The notes beneath the pieces were generated by a model, which saw nothing but the letters and a program-made list of their open reading frames with translations, made no database searches and was not told the origin of the DNA. A stretch of DNA of 62,715 nucleotides, the filler included. It is 6 parts of 6 records of this genome, joined end to end, with 100 filler letters (N's around TTAATTAATTAA, not from the genome) between each part and the next. Parts side by side here need not be neighbours in the genome. Positions count along the whole stretch, not along the records: positions 1 to 19,073 come from DRR378314_1455; positions 19,174 to 25,358 come from DRR378314_1461; 4 more parts are not named here. One strand, written 5' to 3'. The position numbers were made by a program, and so were the translations under genes. Positions 10,601 to 19,313 of this stretch are shown here, piece by piece (positions within the stretch are counted from its first letter, which is position 1; each line of letters starts with the position of its first letter).

Positions 10601-13600
10601 TGCCACCAGATTAAAGCTGGACCGGTTTCCGGTGGTATCCCGGCCGGTCATCATGCGGACATCTTCACCGGAAACCACGCGGGCACCGCTGGCCAGGGCG
10701 ATCACATTGCTGACTGTCGATTCGGACCGGGACTGGCCCTGGGCGGCACCGGCGCCGCCGTAAGTCTTGGCGTTGGCACTGGTGCGGATGTCGGTCAGGT
10801 TGCGGATGGCCAGGTCGATATCCCCTTCCGAGGTGACCTCGGCATTGCTACCAATCTGAATCCGGCCTTCGTTGGTGTCGTTTTCCACCGACGACTCAGC
10901 GCGGGCCACGGAAATGGCGCCTCCGGAGTCCAGCTTGACCCGGTCACGGGCGAAGATGTCGTTGAGGATTCCGAAGCTCAGATGTCCCGCCCCATCGACC
11001 ACCGTCAGGCTGGCACCCTCTCCGATATCAATCAGTGTGCGGTTGTTGATGTAACTGTTGCTGCGGGCTGCGGCCGCATCCAGAACCCCGCCGGAGCCGG
11101 ATTCGACATTGAAACCGGCGCGTTCAGGCTTGACCACCCGGTTGATACCACTGAACGCCATGGCGTCCGCCAGCAGGCTGGCACCGTCATCCACCAGGAC
11201 CTCGACATGACTGTTTACGCGGTTCTCCGCCCAGGCACCGCTGGCTCCCAGAAGTGACGCGTTGGTGCTGTTGGTGGTGGCGTTGAAGCGAGCGGTATGG
11301 TCCGCCGTAACATTCAGGGTATCCACATCCACGTTGTCCAGCACACCGGCGGCGCCGATCTGAACCCGGGTGGTGCTGTTGTTGATGGTAGTGGACTTGG
11401 AGGCCACACCGGAGACCACACCACCGCTGCCGGCCAGGGCGTCCGCATAGGTGGTGTCCTCGCCTTCCGCATCCAGATTGAGGGTGCCGCCGGTTAACAG
11501 AAGGTTGTCACCCAGCACCGTCTCATAAAGGGTATCGGCCCGGGTTTCCGCGAAATTGGCACCCACCGCGATCAGGCCGGCGTTGATGCCGATGGCCTCG
11601 GAGGTCTGGTTCGAACGGCCCCAGGCAAGAATATTGGCGGTGTCGAGTACATCAATCACCGCACCGTCACCAATGCCGGAACGCACGGTGACGTTATTCG
11701 CTGACTCACCCTCGGTAGCGCTGAGGCCCAGCAGCAGGCCACCACCGGCCCCGAAGGCGCGGCTGGTGACGGACGTGCCGTCACTGGCAAGGTTATGGCG
11801 GGCAATCAGGTCGAGGTCGTAGGTGTCGACGCGGTCCGCGGACAGATCCGTCTCCGCCGAGGCGTTGACGTTGGCGTAGGCCAGGGAAACCCCGGCACGG
11901 TAGGTCGCAGCCAGGCTGGCGCCTTCGGCAACCGCATCGGTGTCCGGGGTGACGTCGGCGGTCATGGATATCCGGCCACCCACGCGATCATCGTTACTGT
12001 CTCTCTCATCTGCAATCAATACCGCGCCGTCTGCCACCTGGGTGAGCACCCGACTGTCATCGTCCGCTTCGGCCAGCGAGCCATTGCCGGAAATAATGCC
12101 CCCGGCGGCTGATCGCGCCCGTGACTCGACCCGGCCCGAGGATGCCGAGGCCAGCTCAATGCCGGCAAAGTCGCTGATTTGCGCATCGCCGCCCACGCGA
12201 GTCCGTACCAGGGTGTTGCCGGCCGGATCCGATTCGCCCTTCTCTGCTTTGGCGTAGACCAGGCCCACGGCAAACGCGCCGATGGCGGCGCCGTCACCGT
12301 CCACCTCCACGCTGGTTTCATCGGTGGCGGACAGGGTCACGGTGTTACTGCCATTACCCAGAAGTTGGCCGTCCACGGTGGTGGTGACCCGATTATCCAC
12401 ATCGGCAATGCCCACCGCCGCGCCCAGTCCCACCAGTCCACCGCCCCCGGCAAACAGGCGGATGTCGGCGGCTTTGCGGTCCGGGCTGATCTGACTGGCG
12501 AGGGCCTCCACTGAGACATCACCTTCAGCGCGGATCACGGTATCGCGACCAATTTCGGTCTCGACCTGCGTCTTGATAAACGACAGACCCACCGCGCCGC
12601 CCAGGCCGACGGTTCCGCCAATACCCGCTGCGTCCGCTTCGGTCGAAACCGAGGTGCGATCGGTAGCGGTAACGTTCACGTCGCTCGCGTTGACCTCGCT
12701 GGTGCCGGTGACGCTGGCGGCCGTGCTGAACAGGTTGTCGGAATAGGCGGAGTCGGCCACCGAGGTACTGGCGCGGTTCTCAACCTGGGCCAGCTCATCT
12801 TCATCCTCCAGCCCCTCTTCCACTGCGGTGCCTTCCAGCTTGTTGCCGCCGGCCATGCTGTCCAGACTGCTCAGGGTGCCACTGCCACCGTTGTCGACCT
12901 CACTGGCGGCATCGTCGTTCAGGGAATCCCCCAGCAGGGTGATCACCGCCAGGGCACTGATACCGGCATTGCCACCGGCGGAGAACGCAGCGGCCCGGTT
13001 ATCGATTTCGCGAATAGAGTCCGCCGCAACGGTCACATTGCCGCTGCTGTGAACCGTACTGTCGCTGAGGGTGGCCTGCGCACCCCCTTTGATAATGTTG
13101 ACGATAGCGCCGGCACCGATCCCTTCGGTACCGCCAATGGTAAGCGCGCCGGCCTTGTTGTCGACGGCGAACCCGTCCCGGGCGGTGATGTCCAGATTGC
13201 CGGTGGGCGATGTGTCGGCACCCAGATTGGTCTGGGACACCCGTGCGGAAGTCTGGTTCGACATCAGGTTGACCGAGGCCATACCGGCAATGGCCTGGGC
13301 TCCAGCGGCGGCGCCACCCACCACAATGCTGTTGGCGGTTGTCTGGCTGTCGGCGGAAACCTGCGTATTGCCAGACACCTGGGTCAGATCGGCCTTTTCG
13401 TCATCGCTGCCTTCAATGTAGGCACGGGTGACGTTCTCGCTCATGCCCAGGCTGAAGGTGGCGGCAACACCAACGCCACCCCCGGCCACTGCGCCACTGG
13501 TCAGCGCCAGGGCATTCAGAGCCTGTGCGGTAACCGACAGATCATTGGCCGCCACAGAGGAACGGGCAATATAGGCGTCGGTTTCGGCGTCAAACCGCAA

Positions 13601-16600
13601 CACCGTGCCGGTGCCGGCAACCCCGACCAGCCCCGCCGCACCACCCACGGCCAGCGACGAGGCGCCCTGGGTGGCATAGGCATCCACACCCACATTGCCG
13701 GCCGCCGACACATCCGCATCTGCCACGTAGGCACGGGTGGCCCGAGTGATCAGGTGGTTATCGGATGCCGCACCCACACCGCCCTTGCCGGCGGCGAAGA
13801 CACCTGCGAAGCCATTGCCGTAGGCGTGATTGGAGGCACTGATGTCGACATCCTGGGCGACACCGCCGGCGCCGATGCCATTGATCACTGAATCCTGAAT
13901 ACTCGCCTGGGTTTCGCCATCGATCACGTTGACTGTGGCCAGTACGCCCACACCCACTTTGCCGCCAGCCACGTTGGCCACCAGGGTCTCGACGTGCTGG
14001 CTGGAAGACGCGTTCACCGCCAGACCGGTGACGGCCTTGTCCTGTTTCATGGACGGGATATCCAGCGCCTGGTAGCTGGCGATGTCGACATTGGCGTCCT
14101 GATTGACGGCGCCGAGGGTGTTGCCGTCTTCATCTTCCAGGCGGCCTGAGCGTACCGCGAAGCTGTCATTGCCGTCCTCGGCGCGAGCGGTTACCTCGGT
14201 ATCCGCCCCGGTAATATTGGCAGCCGTGGTGCCGTAGATCTCGTTCACCACCGCCGAAGCCCCCACGCCGGCCGAGGCTCCAATCGCCACACCGCCGGCC
14301 AGCACGCTGATCCGGTCGTCGCTTTCCGCAAGCACGCCGACATTCCTGGCGGCATCGACACGCGCACCGTCGCGGATTTCCGCCAGCACGTCGTTGTCCA
14401 GCCGGTTAACCGCCACCGAGCCACTGATACCGACCTGCCCACCAAACGCAGCGCCCACGGCGGCTGTCTCGATCACCGCCAGCGACGCCGCGTCGATCAC
14501 CACACTGCTGCCCTGCCAGTCGGTGTTCTCGCCACTGATCGCTGCCTCGACGGTATTGCCGGAAATCCGGTTAATCGCCACCGAGCCGCCAATGGCCGCC
14601 TTACCACCACCGGCCACAGAACCCGCCAGCGACTGTATAGTGCCGTCGTTGGAGGCAGTAACCTCGGTATCATCCGTGATGATGACACTGTCCCCGTTAA
14701 TCACCGCCCGGGTGTTCCGGTCGCTGACGCTGTTATTGGTAACCGAAGCCGCCAGCCCGAAGCCCTTGCTGCTGATGGCGGCCCCCACCGCAGCCGACAG
14801 CGCCTGGATGGTGCCACCGCCGCGCGCATCGACGACCAGTTGGCCGGCATCGATGCGGGCCGCATTCAGGGCCGCCCGGGTGTCGCCCTGGATCTGGTTC
14901 TGGGAATAGCCGCCGGCAATACCAGCCGCACCCTGCTGGCCTCCGGCTGCGGCGACAGCGCCAGACAGCGCTGCGATGTCCAGGCCACTGCTGTCTGCAC
15001 CGAGCTGGAGTTCACCAGCGCGGACCCTGGCCCCGTTTATTTCCGCCAGGGTATCGCCGTCTATGCGGTTCACCGATGCTTGCCCGGCAACGCCGATGCC
15101 CATCTTCTTGCCGCCGGTGGTGCCACCGCCGGAACCAGAACCGCCTCCGCTGCCGGACCCGCCACCGGTACCGCTGCCCGTGGCGACAACACCGGCGAAG
15201 GAATAACTTTCAATTTCGCCGTCAGAGGTTGCCTTCACTTCCAGCAGGTCATTAATCACTAGTTCCGGACGATCCGGATCAACCGGGGCGTTAACATCCG
15301 CATTTCCCAGATAGGCGTGTGCATTGCTATCAATGGTATTCAACGCCACCGACGCACCGATACCGCCCTGCTTACTGAGCACAAAGGCGCCGCCGGTGTT
15401 CAACACGTCAAAACGATTGTCTGCAGTGACTTTGGCGGAACCGGAAACCAGATCCGCCAGATCGCCAACATAGGCGCTGGAAGTCAGACTGGCGTCAAAG
15501 ATCGATACCGCCCCTTCCACGCCCACTTGCTCCGCCCGGCCACCGGCAAAGGTGATTTCGAGTGCGTCGAGCTCGGCATCTGCGTCCACCGAGAGGGCTT
15601 CCGTGGCCCGAATGCGCGCCCCGTCCGCCACATAGGCATTGGCACCGCCGTTGATAGTGACCATGTTGACGTTGCCGCCGAGCGCATTCTTAGAAGCGCT
15701 GATCTTGGGCAGCACACCACCGGCATTGATGATATCCGCCGCCGAACGGGCGACCACATCCACATTGCGGCCTTCAGCGGTACCTTCCACCCCGGCAACC
15801 GCCTGGTTGTTGGCATGGAACAGGTTGGCACCGGCAGCCAGCCCCAGAGTGCTTCCTTTGCTGCTGTTGAACACGCCGGAATTCATCAACAGGTCAGACA
15901 GGTCAGTAGTCAGGGTATCCAGCGTGTCCGCCGGGCGATTCAAGTCCAGAACAATGGCGTCCCTCGGGTCCGGAATCAGGCTTTCGGCGCTGATCGCCAC
16001 ATCGTCGGTGGCCAGCACAGAGCCTCCCGCCTCAACCAGGGAACCGGCCCGGTTGTCATAGTCGCTCCAGGCTACTGCCCCGCCAATTGCGACGCCGGTG
16101 GAAGTGGAATTGGTGTCGGCGCCGATGAACGTATCGTTCTCGATCAGGGTCGCCAGCTCTGCGTTAGCGGCACTGTCGATGCGACCCTGATCCTGCACCC
16201 GGATATCCGCCCGGTTGGTTTCCTGGGCGATGGACACCGCCCCGGACAGATTGAATTTGCCCTCCTGGTACACCGGGAAGAACAGGCTGGCAATGGTCTG
16301 GCCACTGCCTGTGACCGGTGTTAGCAGGGAGGCCAGCATATTCTGCTGAACCTGGCTGGCGTAGTTGTTGAACTTGGCAAACCCGCGAAGGCTACCCCCC
16401 AGGGAGCTGGCGGAACTGGACGTGGAATGGGTGCTGTCGATGCTGGCATCGACCTTGACGTCGCCGGTGGTGCTGGTGACCGTCCCGGCAATGTCTACGC
16501 CGGCGTTGGTTTCTACATCGCTGTACCCAAGCGCCGCCCCAACCGAGCTGCCGCTCCGCTTCTCCGAGGTTGCGGACGAGGAAACCTCACTTTTAGCCTC

Positions 16601-18766
16601 CGCTGCAATGCGATTGCTGGCGCCAGTCAGCTCTGTTCCCTGACCAATGTCCACATGGGCGTTGGTTTCGGATTGGGCGACGGAAAAGGTGATATTGAAT
16701 GGTATCGAGTTGCTGGAAATGACGTTGTTGACGTCCGCTGTTGTGTCATTGATCGCTCTCGCCATAAGCTCGAGGTCGCCGGTGGCAACCAGGTCCGCGT
16801 TATCGGCGATGGTCACTGTGGCATTGGAGGTGGAATCGGACCATTCGCCACCCACCGGAACCACGCCGCTGCCAAGGGCAATGGGATTGGCGCGGGAGTT
16901 GGATTCCGCAAGAAGGTTGAGTGTGTCATTGGCCTGCAACACCGAGTTGCCGCTGATGGTGATATCGGATCCAGCCTCGGTTTTGGAGTAAAAGGCGCTG
17001 CCATCGAACCCCCACTGCAATTCGGCAAAGGTCTCCGGCTGGAGCTGGTCGTCGGAATCGTCGTTCAGCTCCGGTAGCAAGGAAGTATCGGCCCGGGCAT
17101 CAAGGGAAAGGTTATTGCCTTCGATGCGGGTGTTATTGATCCGGATGGAAGCACTGGCGTTCTTGTCAAAGCCAAGACGGTCAGACGCATAGGCCTCCAG
17201 GGTTACGTCACCTCCTTTGAGGGTGGCGCCATCGAGATCAAAGCTGACATCGCTATCCAGATTCGTGACCCGCGCAAGAAATTTCACTTCCTCGGAAACA
17301 TCCACACCGTAGACATCCAGCAAACCTGCGATGGCGTCGGAGACCGAGTTGCGGGTCAGATCATCGTTCAGGTTGGTCAGCAGGATATCGCCACTGTCAT
17401 ACCCTTCATTGGCCCAGGCCAGCAGTTGGGAGCCGGCGCCCAGGTTGATGGTGGCGGCTCGCAGGGTAATGTTGCTGGAATCACCCACGGAGTCGTCGTT
17501 CTCATGGGCCGCAATCCTTGTGCCCTCATCGGCCGAGTCATCCACCGCCACATCACGGGTGGAAATCACCACCCCGTCCGCCACATTGATGGTGTCTGCC
17601 TCGATCTCATAGTCCACGCCGCCACCGCCAAGCACATTGGCGTTCACGGTTTCCGGATCGATATAGACGCGACCAGCTTCGCCGTTTGTAGCCCGGCCCA
17701 GGAATTGGCCACCGTCGAGGTTGACGATACGGTCAGCACTGAACTCGATGAAGCCGCCATCGCCACTGTCACCGGCGCTGACATCCATGACCGCACCATT
17801 GCGGAAATGGCCGTCGCGCTCGGCTATGGCAATGATTTCACCGCCATCGGAGTTTTCCCCATTGCCTCGGGCACTGACGCGGGCGCCGTCACTCACCGTG
17901 ATGTCGCGGCCTGCACGCAGGTCGATTCGTCCGGCGGCTTTGCCTTCGCGGGCGTCGCTGGCAATGGTACCCGCAACATCAAGGTCGTTGCTGGCAAGAA
18001 TCTCAACGGTATTGCCCACCACCCGAACACCGGCACCCTGTTCGGCACCTCCGGTATTCACCACATCGGCGATATCAACCGCGCCCGACTCCATCAGGGT
18101 GCCGCTGCGAATCAACCCCGCCGCCGACACATCAAATCCCCGTATAGTCACGCCTTCCAGCGCATTGATCTCTCCCTGAACCGAAATGAGCCCGTCCCGG
18201 GAAACGGGCACCTGGCCCTCCATCAGTTGGCTGACGGCCTGGTTGCGGATTTCTCCGCCTTCAAACATACGGTCCATGAAATCGCGGTTTGGGGTGGACA
18301 AGTGCAGGCTGCCGACATTCACCTGGCCACTCTGGCCAATAACAACACCGAAAGGGTTGGCGAAATAGACGTTGCCGCCGATGTCACCGTTCTTGTAACT
18401 GTTCAGAATGCCATGGATGTCAGAGCGTTTGCCGTGCACCAGGTTCAGCAGGTGATCAGTATTACCGGGAAGGTGAAGATTGACGGTGTTGCCCCGGTGA
18501 ACGTCGAAGCGGTCAAAACTGTTGAAAGCCTTGTCGCCGCGGATGGTGTTGGTCCTGACATCGGTGCGGTTGCCATTGATCTCAAGCCGGGTGTCTGTTC
18601 GGCCGTCAGTGACAATCTGGGGTGCTGCTGCAAGGAGGAGTGGGTTGAAAGTAAGCGCGGCTGACAGTGTGTATACAAGTGGGGCTTTAAGAGGCTGAAA
18701 TCTTGAACGCGTGGAATGAGGTCGGTACCCGCTGAGACGGGCCCGGTATGAGGTGCTTGCGTTCAT
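4604..18766 (-). CDS. Giant TpsA, filamentous haemagglutinin / leukotoxin LktA-like adhesin (~4720 aa)
   Basis: Uninterrupted 14-kb ORF. ATG 18766 follows GGAAGGA. Signal peptide, TPS domain (AFNSFDRFDV...ANPFGVVIG), G/A/S/V/N/D-rich beta-helix-type repeats, C-terminal TAAG-x5-C-x8-C. Directly upstream of tpsB. Confidence 0.92.
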   Translation of the reverse strand: MNASTSYRARLSGYRPHSTRSRFQPLKAPLVYTLSAALTFNPLLLAAAPQIVTDGRTDTRLEINGNRTDVRTNTIRGDKAFNSFDRFDVHRGNTVNLHLPGNTDHLLNLVHGKRSDIHGILNSYKNGDIGGNVYFANPFGVVIGQSGQVNVGSLHLSTPNRDFMDRMFEGGEIRNQAVSQLMEGQVPVSRDGLISVQGEINALEGVTIRGFDVSAAGLIRSGTLMESGAVDIADVVNTGGAEQGAGVRVVGNTVEILASNDLDVAGTIASDAREGKAAGRIDLRAGRDITVSDGARVSARGNGENSDGGEIIAIAERDGHFRNGAVMDVSAGDSGDGGFIEFSADRIVNLDGGQFLGRATNGEAGRVYIDPETVNANVLGGGGVDYEIEADTINVADGVVISTRDVAVDDSADEGTRIAAHENDDSVGDSSNITLRAATINLGAGSQLLAWANEGYDSGDILLTNLNDDLTRNSVSDAIAGLLDVYGVDVSEEVKFLARVTNLDSDVSFDLDGATLKGGDVTLEAYASDRLGFDKNASASIRINNTRIEGNNLSLDARADTSLLPELNDDSDDQLQPETFAELQWGFDGSAFYSKTEAGSDITISGNSVLQANDTLNLLAESNSRANPIALGSGVVPVGGEWSDSTSNATVTIADNADLVATGDLELMARAINDTTADVNNVISSNSIPFNITFSVAQSETNAHVDIGQGTELTGASNRIAAEAKSEVSSSATSEKRSGSSVGAALGYSDVETNAGVDIAGTVTSTTGDVKVDASIDSTHSTSSSASSLGGSLRGFAKFNNYASQVQQNMLASLLTPVTGSGQTIASLFFPVYQEGKFNLSGAVSIAQETNRADIRVQDQGRIDSAANAELATLIENDTFIGADTNSTSTGVAIGGAVAWSDYDNRAGSLVEAGGSVLATDDVAISAESLIPDPRDAIVLDLNRPADTLDTLTTDLSDLLMNSGVFNSSKGSTLGLAAGANLFHANNQAVAGVEGTAEGRNVDVVARSAADIINAGGVLPKISASKNALGGNVNMVTINGGANAYVADGARIRATEALSVDADAELDALEITFAGGRAEQVGVEGAVSIFDASLTSSAYVGDLADLVSGSAKVTADNRFDVLNTGGAFVLSKQGGIGASVALNTIDSNAHAYLGNADVNAPVDPDRPELVINDLLEVKATSDGEIESYSFAGVVATGSGTGGGSGSGGGSGSGGGTTGGKKMGIGVAGQASVNRIDGDTLAEINGARVRAGELQLGADSSGLDIAALSGAVAAAGGQQGAAGIAGGYSQNQIQGDTRAALNAARIDAGQLVVDARGGGTIQALSAAVGAAISSKGFGLAASVTNNSVSDRNTRAVINGDSVIITDDTEVTASNDGTIQSLAGSVAGGGKAAIGGSVAINRISGNTVEAAISGENTDWQGSSVVIDAASLAVIETAAVGAAFGGQVGISGSVAVNRLDNDVLAEIRDGARVDAARNVGVLAESDDRISVLAGGVAIGASAGVGASAVVNEIYGTTAANITGADTEVTARAEDGNDSFAVRSGRLEDEDGNTLGAVNQDANVDIASYQALDIPSMKQDKAVTGLAVNASSSQHVETLVANVAGGKVGVGVLATVNVIDGETQASIQDSVINGIGAGGVAQDVDISASNHAYGNGFAGVFAAGKGGVGAASDNHLITRATRAYVADADVSAAGNVGVDAYATQGASSLAVGGAAGLVGVAGTGTVLRFDAETDAYIARSSVAANDLSVTAQALNALALTSGAVAGGGVGVAATFSLGMSENVTRAYIEGSDDEKADLTQVSGNTQVSADSQTTANSIVVGGAAAGAQAIAGMASVNLMSNQTSARVSQTNLGADTSPTGNLDITARDGFAVDNKAGALTIGGTEGIGAGAIVNIIKGGAQATLSDSTVHSSGNVTVAADSIREIDNRAAAFSAGGNAGISALAVITLLGDSLNDDAASEVDNGGSGTLSSLDSMAGGNKLEGTAVEEGLEDEDELAQVENRASTSVADSAYSDNLFSTAASVTGTSEVNASDVNVTATDRTSVSTEADAAGIGGTVGLGGAVGLSFIKTQVETEIGRDTVIRAEGDVSVEALASQISPDRKAADIRLFAGGGGLVGLGAAVGIADVDNRVTTTVDGQLLGNGSNTVTLSATDETSVEVDGDGAAIGAFAVGLVYAKAEKGESDPAGNTLVRTRVGGDAQISDFAGIELASASSGRVESRARSAAGGIISGNGSLAEADDDSRVLTQVADGAVLIADERDSNDDRVGGRISMTADVTPDTDAVAEGASLAATYRAGVSLAYANVNASAETDLSADRVDTYDLDLIARHNLASDGTSVTSRAFGAGGGLLLGLSATEGESANNVTVRSGIGDGAVIDVLDTANILAWGRSNQTSEAIGINAGLIAVGANFAETRADTLYETVLGDNLLLTGGTLNLDAEGEDTTYADALAGSGGVVSGVASKSTTINNSTTRVQIGAAGVLDNVDVDTLNVTADHTARFNATTNSTNASLLGASGAWAENRVNSHVEVLVDDGASLLADAMAFSGINRVVKPERAGFNVESGSGGVLDAAAARSNSYINNRTLIDIGEGASLTVVDGAGHLSFGILNDIFARDRVKLDSGGAISVARAESSVENDTNEGRIQIGSNAEVTSEGDIDLAIRNLTDIRTSANAKTYGGAGAAQGQSRSESTVSNVIALASGARVVSGEDVRMMTGRDTTGNRSSFNLVARTDLWNKTVLPIETKPDADAALRQNTTLVIDDGASIETVGDVSLSADRGTRNVSGSGVGKDLYREALAAVGSFFSNLVGGDDVSLEIKGGSSSDTSQATAIVNGEIHVGTERHRILVINEDGTVNQEQSSEGFDDTLLSVSDEPLVNELEARKAELEALIAELEETENGTPSSGTPELIEELSNLEQELSSRRARETALAGDIAEMDGLIGDRNRVAQLQTQIDGLDPDDDATQIAELQGQINSLQQSIDSDLADINGNLPDGGTPLTESDLDSVRADLDTTLAETEARIVYIDDRIATLEGQIIAPDTDTSDLGNALRRYRGELLSVQVKLESLEGAGDPRVMTVEQALTARSSSIYVDADTLAGDGVLDAPGDTRIEIRNRSNNFLRTNEMTIPDEAGGFIVLNGARVNSVAEVNSRNRKILGVPVGGEAGFSQFINAGNTTPTISVTNAYSPQGNERAPDIFVDNDISNINGLVEINSIYGSVLVKGASGNDDGADISAETLRIEAGRDISLGYRDGFRHIEGEPASRWRELIESRESIGSDYSTNSIYPSAPGAPAQLAANNVFLAAEYLNLNGIVQSGIADRGVTINDAMVQNVALDNDGDGNTDFTSLADYRNAWEAGNADRFIQINELAVENDRSQIPVLYDAQTNELVVDNTRIMGGKVELFGHIMNTSHGEINVMDGYGRIEVDNTTDFNIRLRSLDTGRDVDGQVRITDYYIDQSDPRGRLEADARVSLIRGSDHPDRTAYYDPQQNQYYSFTVRDGASWTDNRRLTRERWFGINAGEESSYSGVTRVNQQAREPVGADVVLLADKGGARYWYDNTTSRTTGNWFETTDGWQDIDNYLLYIKDYKDFARNVVERQVHNHNIAADNRIDINFTGFDQGLIDVNSVGAVSVEGNLNNEAGLTDLASNDVIRNQGTGGQVGGRDIRLTAGNGIGSVDQALVTNLGGGVLNADGGTGGVYLRENSGDLVIDQVTSDGGQVSLTADGNLLASDAGSLVTARGVDLRSENGRIGSADRFVRMDTSGVNGTGLVASAAGEIYVVETDGDMLIRDVASQSGLVSLGALNGDLIDDNPVEQQDQRARDELLALWDSMDLTGEDALDAARDHVAAIERRKEREYERYWQFRSQQPGGADAFDPDYEFTLDEQSRDYLASERGLSAQQISDYEQAQTDEYRTLHDLYGGETVAFEPGRNFDITEGSEEWNRLTEGYAWNESQLLNSLSTGILAEVSDTEVTIEEANVSGQNIRLEAMAGNIGTNTRSNPTTINIEGRNWQDLSDDEKLVLATAERGDIEFVSDQEIRVTRYDDLDLAADGEVQARAGGSVYLGSEGDLLIDRIEAGDQVRIKGGQGLSGVDHGLDHVVAGGSLLLEAATQGVGVAGGPGGDLLGPLNVVTSELTARAGDSLWLNAAGDLPVSTLYAVNDVRLSAGGTLYDAQDSAALNIRAANLDLQAGDIGEFADALEIALDPEGTLTARSDNAVYLDSPDRGLNVASVEAGGNVRMFAGGDLTLNSASGGIRSQAGDVDLSAAEDLRYAGDDDQGVVILARNLFLESLSGNVGSPAQWLQVAMAEDGSLDGTAAQGFYVHQTAGDLAVGDISANEIGLSASVNLVDGNGDGTNLTAGQVELRATNGGIAGPDALELASASGTAVTAAARDSIHLSQQSGDLIVEDVNSQTGDVSLSSLGDLTGPGTVTGNNLTLDAIGSIGNVGEWLKVEARAGNGGTLNGAAGESAWITSDETLHVSDFAAASEASLATRKELRVDNLAVGERATLAGDQVRARVEHTGSNPLQLDVTGYAAGVATFAELVVGGSLPLAIGRLYAVNSMISHGGNNLSISDGYIRERMQINTPALRLVMDNKDQSLEEADVQLYSGTGYFNLAMTADSVTTNQYAVDFRPGLRVDNRAGLGESLLTQAADEAARLSDIVDPPIGGAVDSLVGPGAGSLLSYYFDQPFVNGVTMSATAAGPLENHCEQHPYARECNAPRDTIHFPIR

Positions 18767-18815
18767 GATGCGGTCCTTCCCTGGCACTAGCCATCCGGAA
18801 AACAGACCTTGATTG

Positions 18816-18828
18816 TTACATTATGTAA
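18816..18828. promoter_or_regulatory. Palindrome TTACAT-N-ATGTAA upstream of tpsA, candidate operator
   Basis: Perfect 6-bp inverted repeat in an AT-rich stretch about 50 nt upstream of the tpsA start. Confidence 0.35.
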
Positions 18829-18947
18829 ATGTTAATTGAAGAAAAATGTTCATGATTTGATCATTTAGCTTTATCAACTAATGGTGCGCAACCGAAAAGT
18901 CCTTTAGCGGCGGGCTACCGGGAGGACAAAACAAAACGGGCGCCCAC

Positions 18948-18973
18948 AAAAAAAGGCAGCCGAAGCTGCCTTT
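18948..18973 (-). terminator. Rho-independent terminator after the cold-shock gene
   Basis: Minus strand reads AAAGGCAGC-TTCG-GCTGCC followed by a T run, about 20 nt after the csp stop. Confidence 0.9.
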
Positions 18974-18994
18974 CTGGCGGTGCCCTACTATCCG

Positions 18995-19073
18995 TTAGAT
19001 AGCAGTAACGTTTTCCGCCTGAGGACCTTTCTGGCCCTGGGTAACGGTGAACTCAACCTGCTGGCCTTCTGCC
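18995..19073 (-). CDS. Cold-shock protein, C-terminal fragment
   Basis: AEGQQVEFTVTQGQKGPQAENVTAI*, a CspA-family C-terminus; cut by the contig end. Confidence 0.92.
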
Positions 19074-19173
19074 NNNNNNNNNNNNNNNNNNNNNNNNNNN
19101 NNNNNNNNNNNNNNNNNTTAATTAATTAANNNNNNNNNNNNNNNNNNNNNNNNNNNNNNNNNNNNNNNNNNNN
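19074..19173. other. Artificial contig spacer
   Basis: 44 N + TTAATTAATTAA (stop codons in all six frames) + 44 N. Confidence 0.98.
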
Positions 19174-19313
19174 ATCGGAGGAGAGAGCGTGCGAATGCGA
19201 GATCGAACGACGACAACGCTCGAGCATCATGCTGGCGAGCGCAGCGGCGAGCAAGAGGCCACAACGCACACGCGCACACCCACGCATGCGCGTTTTCTCC
19301 CGTACATACGCAC

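Noticed and set aside
18530-18545. RGD tripeptide in TpsA
   Set aside because: Lies in the TPS secretion domain and is expected by chance in 4700 aa.
2751-18664. Many long plus-strand ORFs (e.g. 3366-4583, 9654-10763, 17426-18664)
   Set aside because: Antisense shadows of tpsB and tpsA in GC-rich DNA, with no recognisable motifs.
19118-19129. TTAATTAATTAA palindrome repeated five times, and ORFs running through N runs
   Set aside because: Artificial linker; ORFs containing X runs are artefacts or truncated genes.
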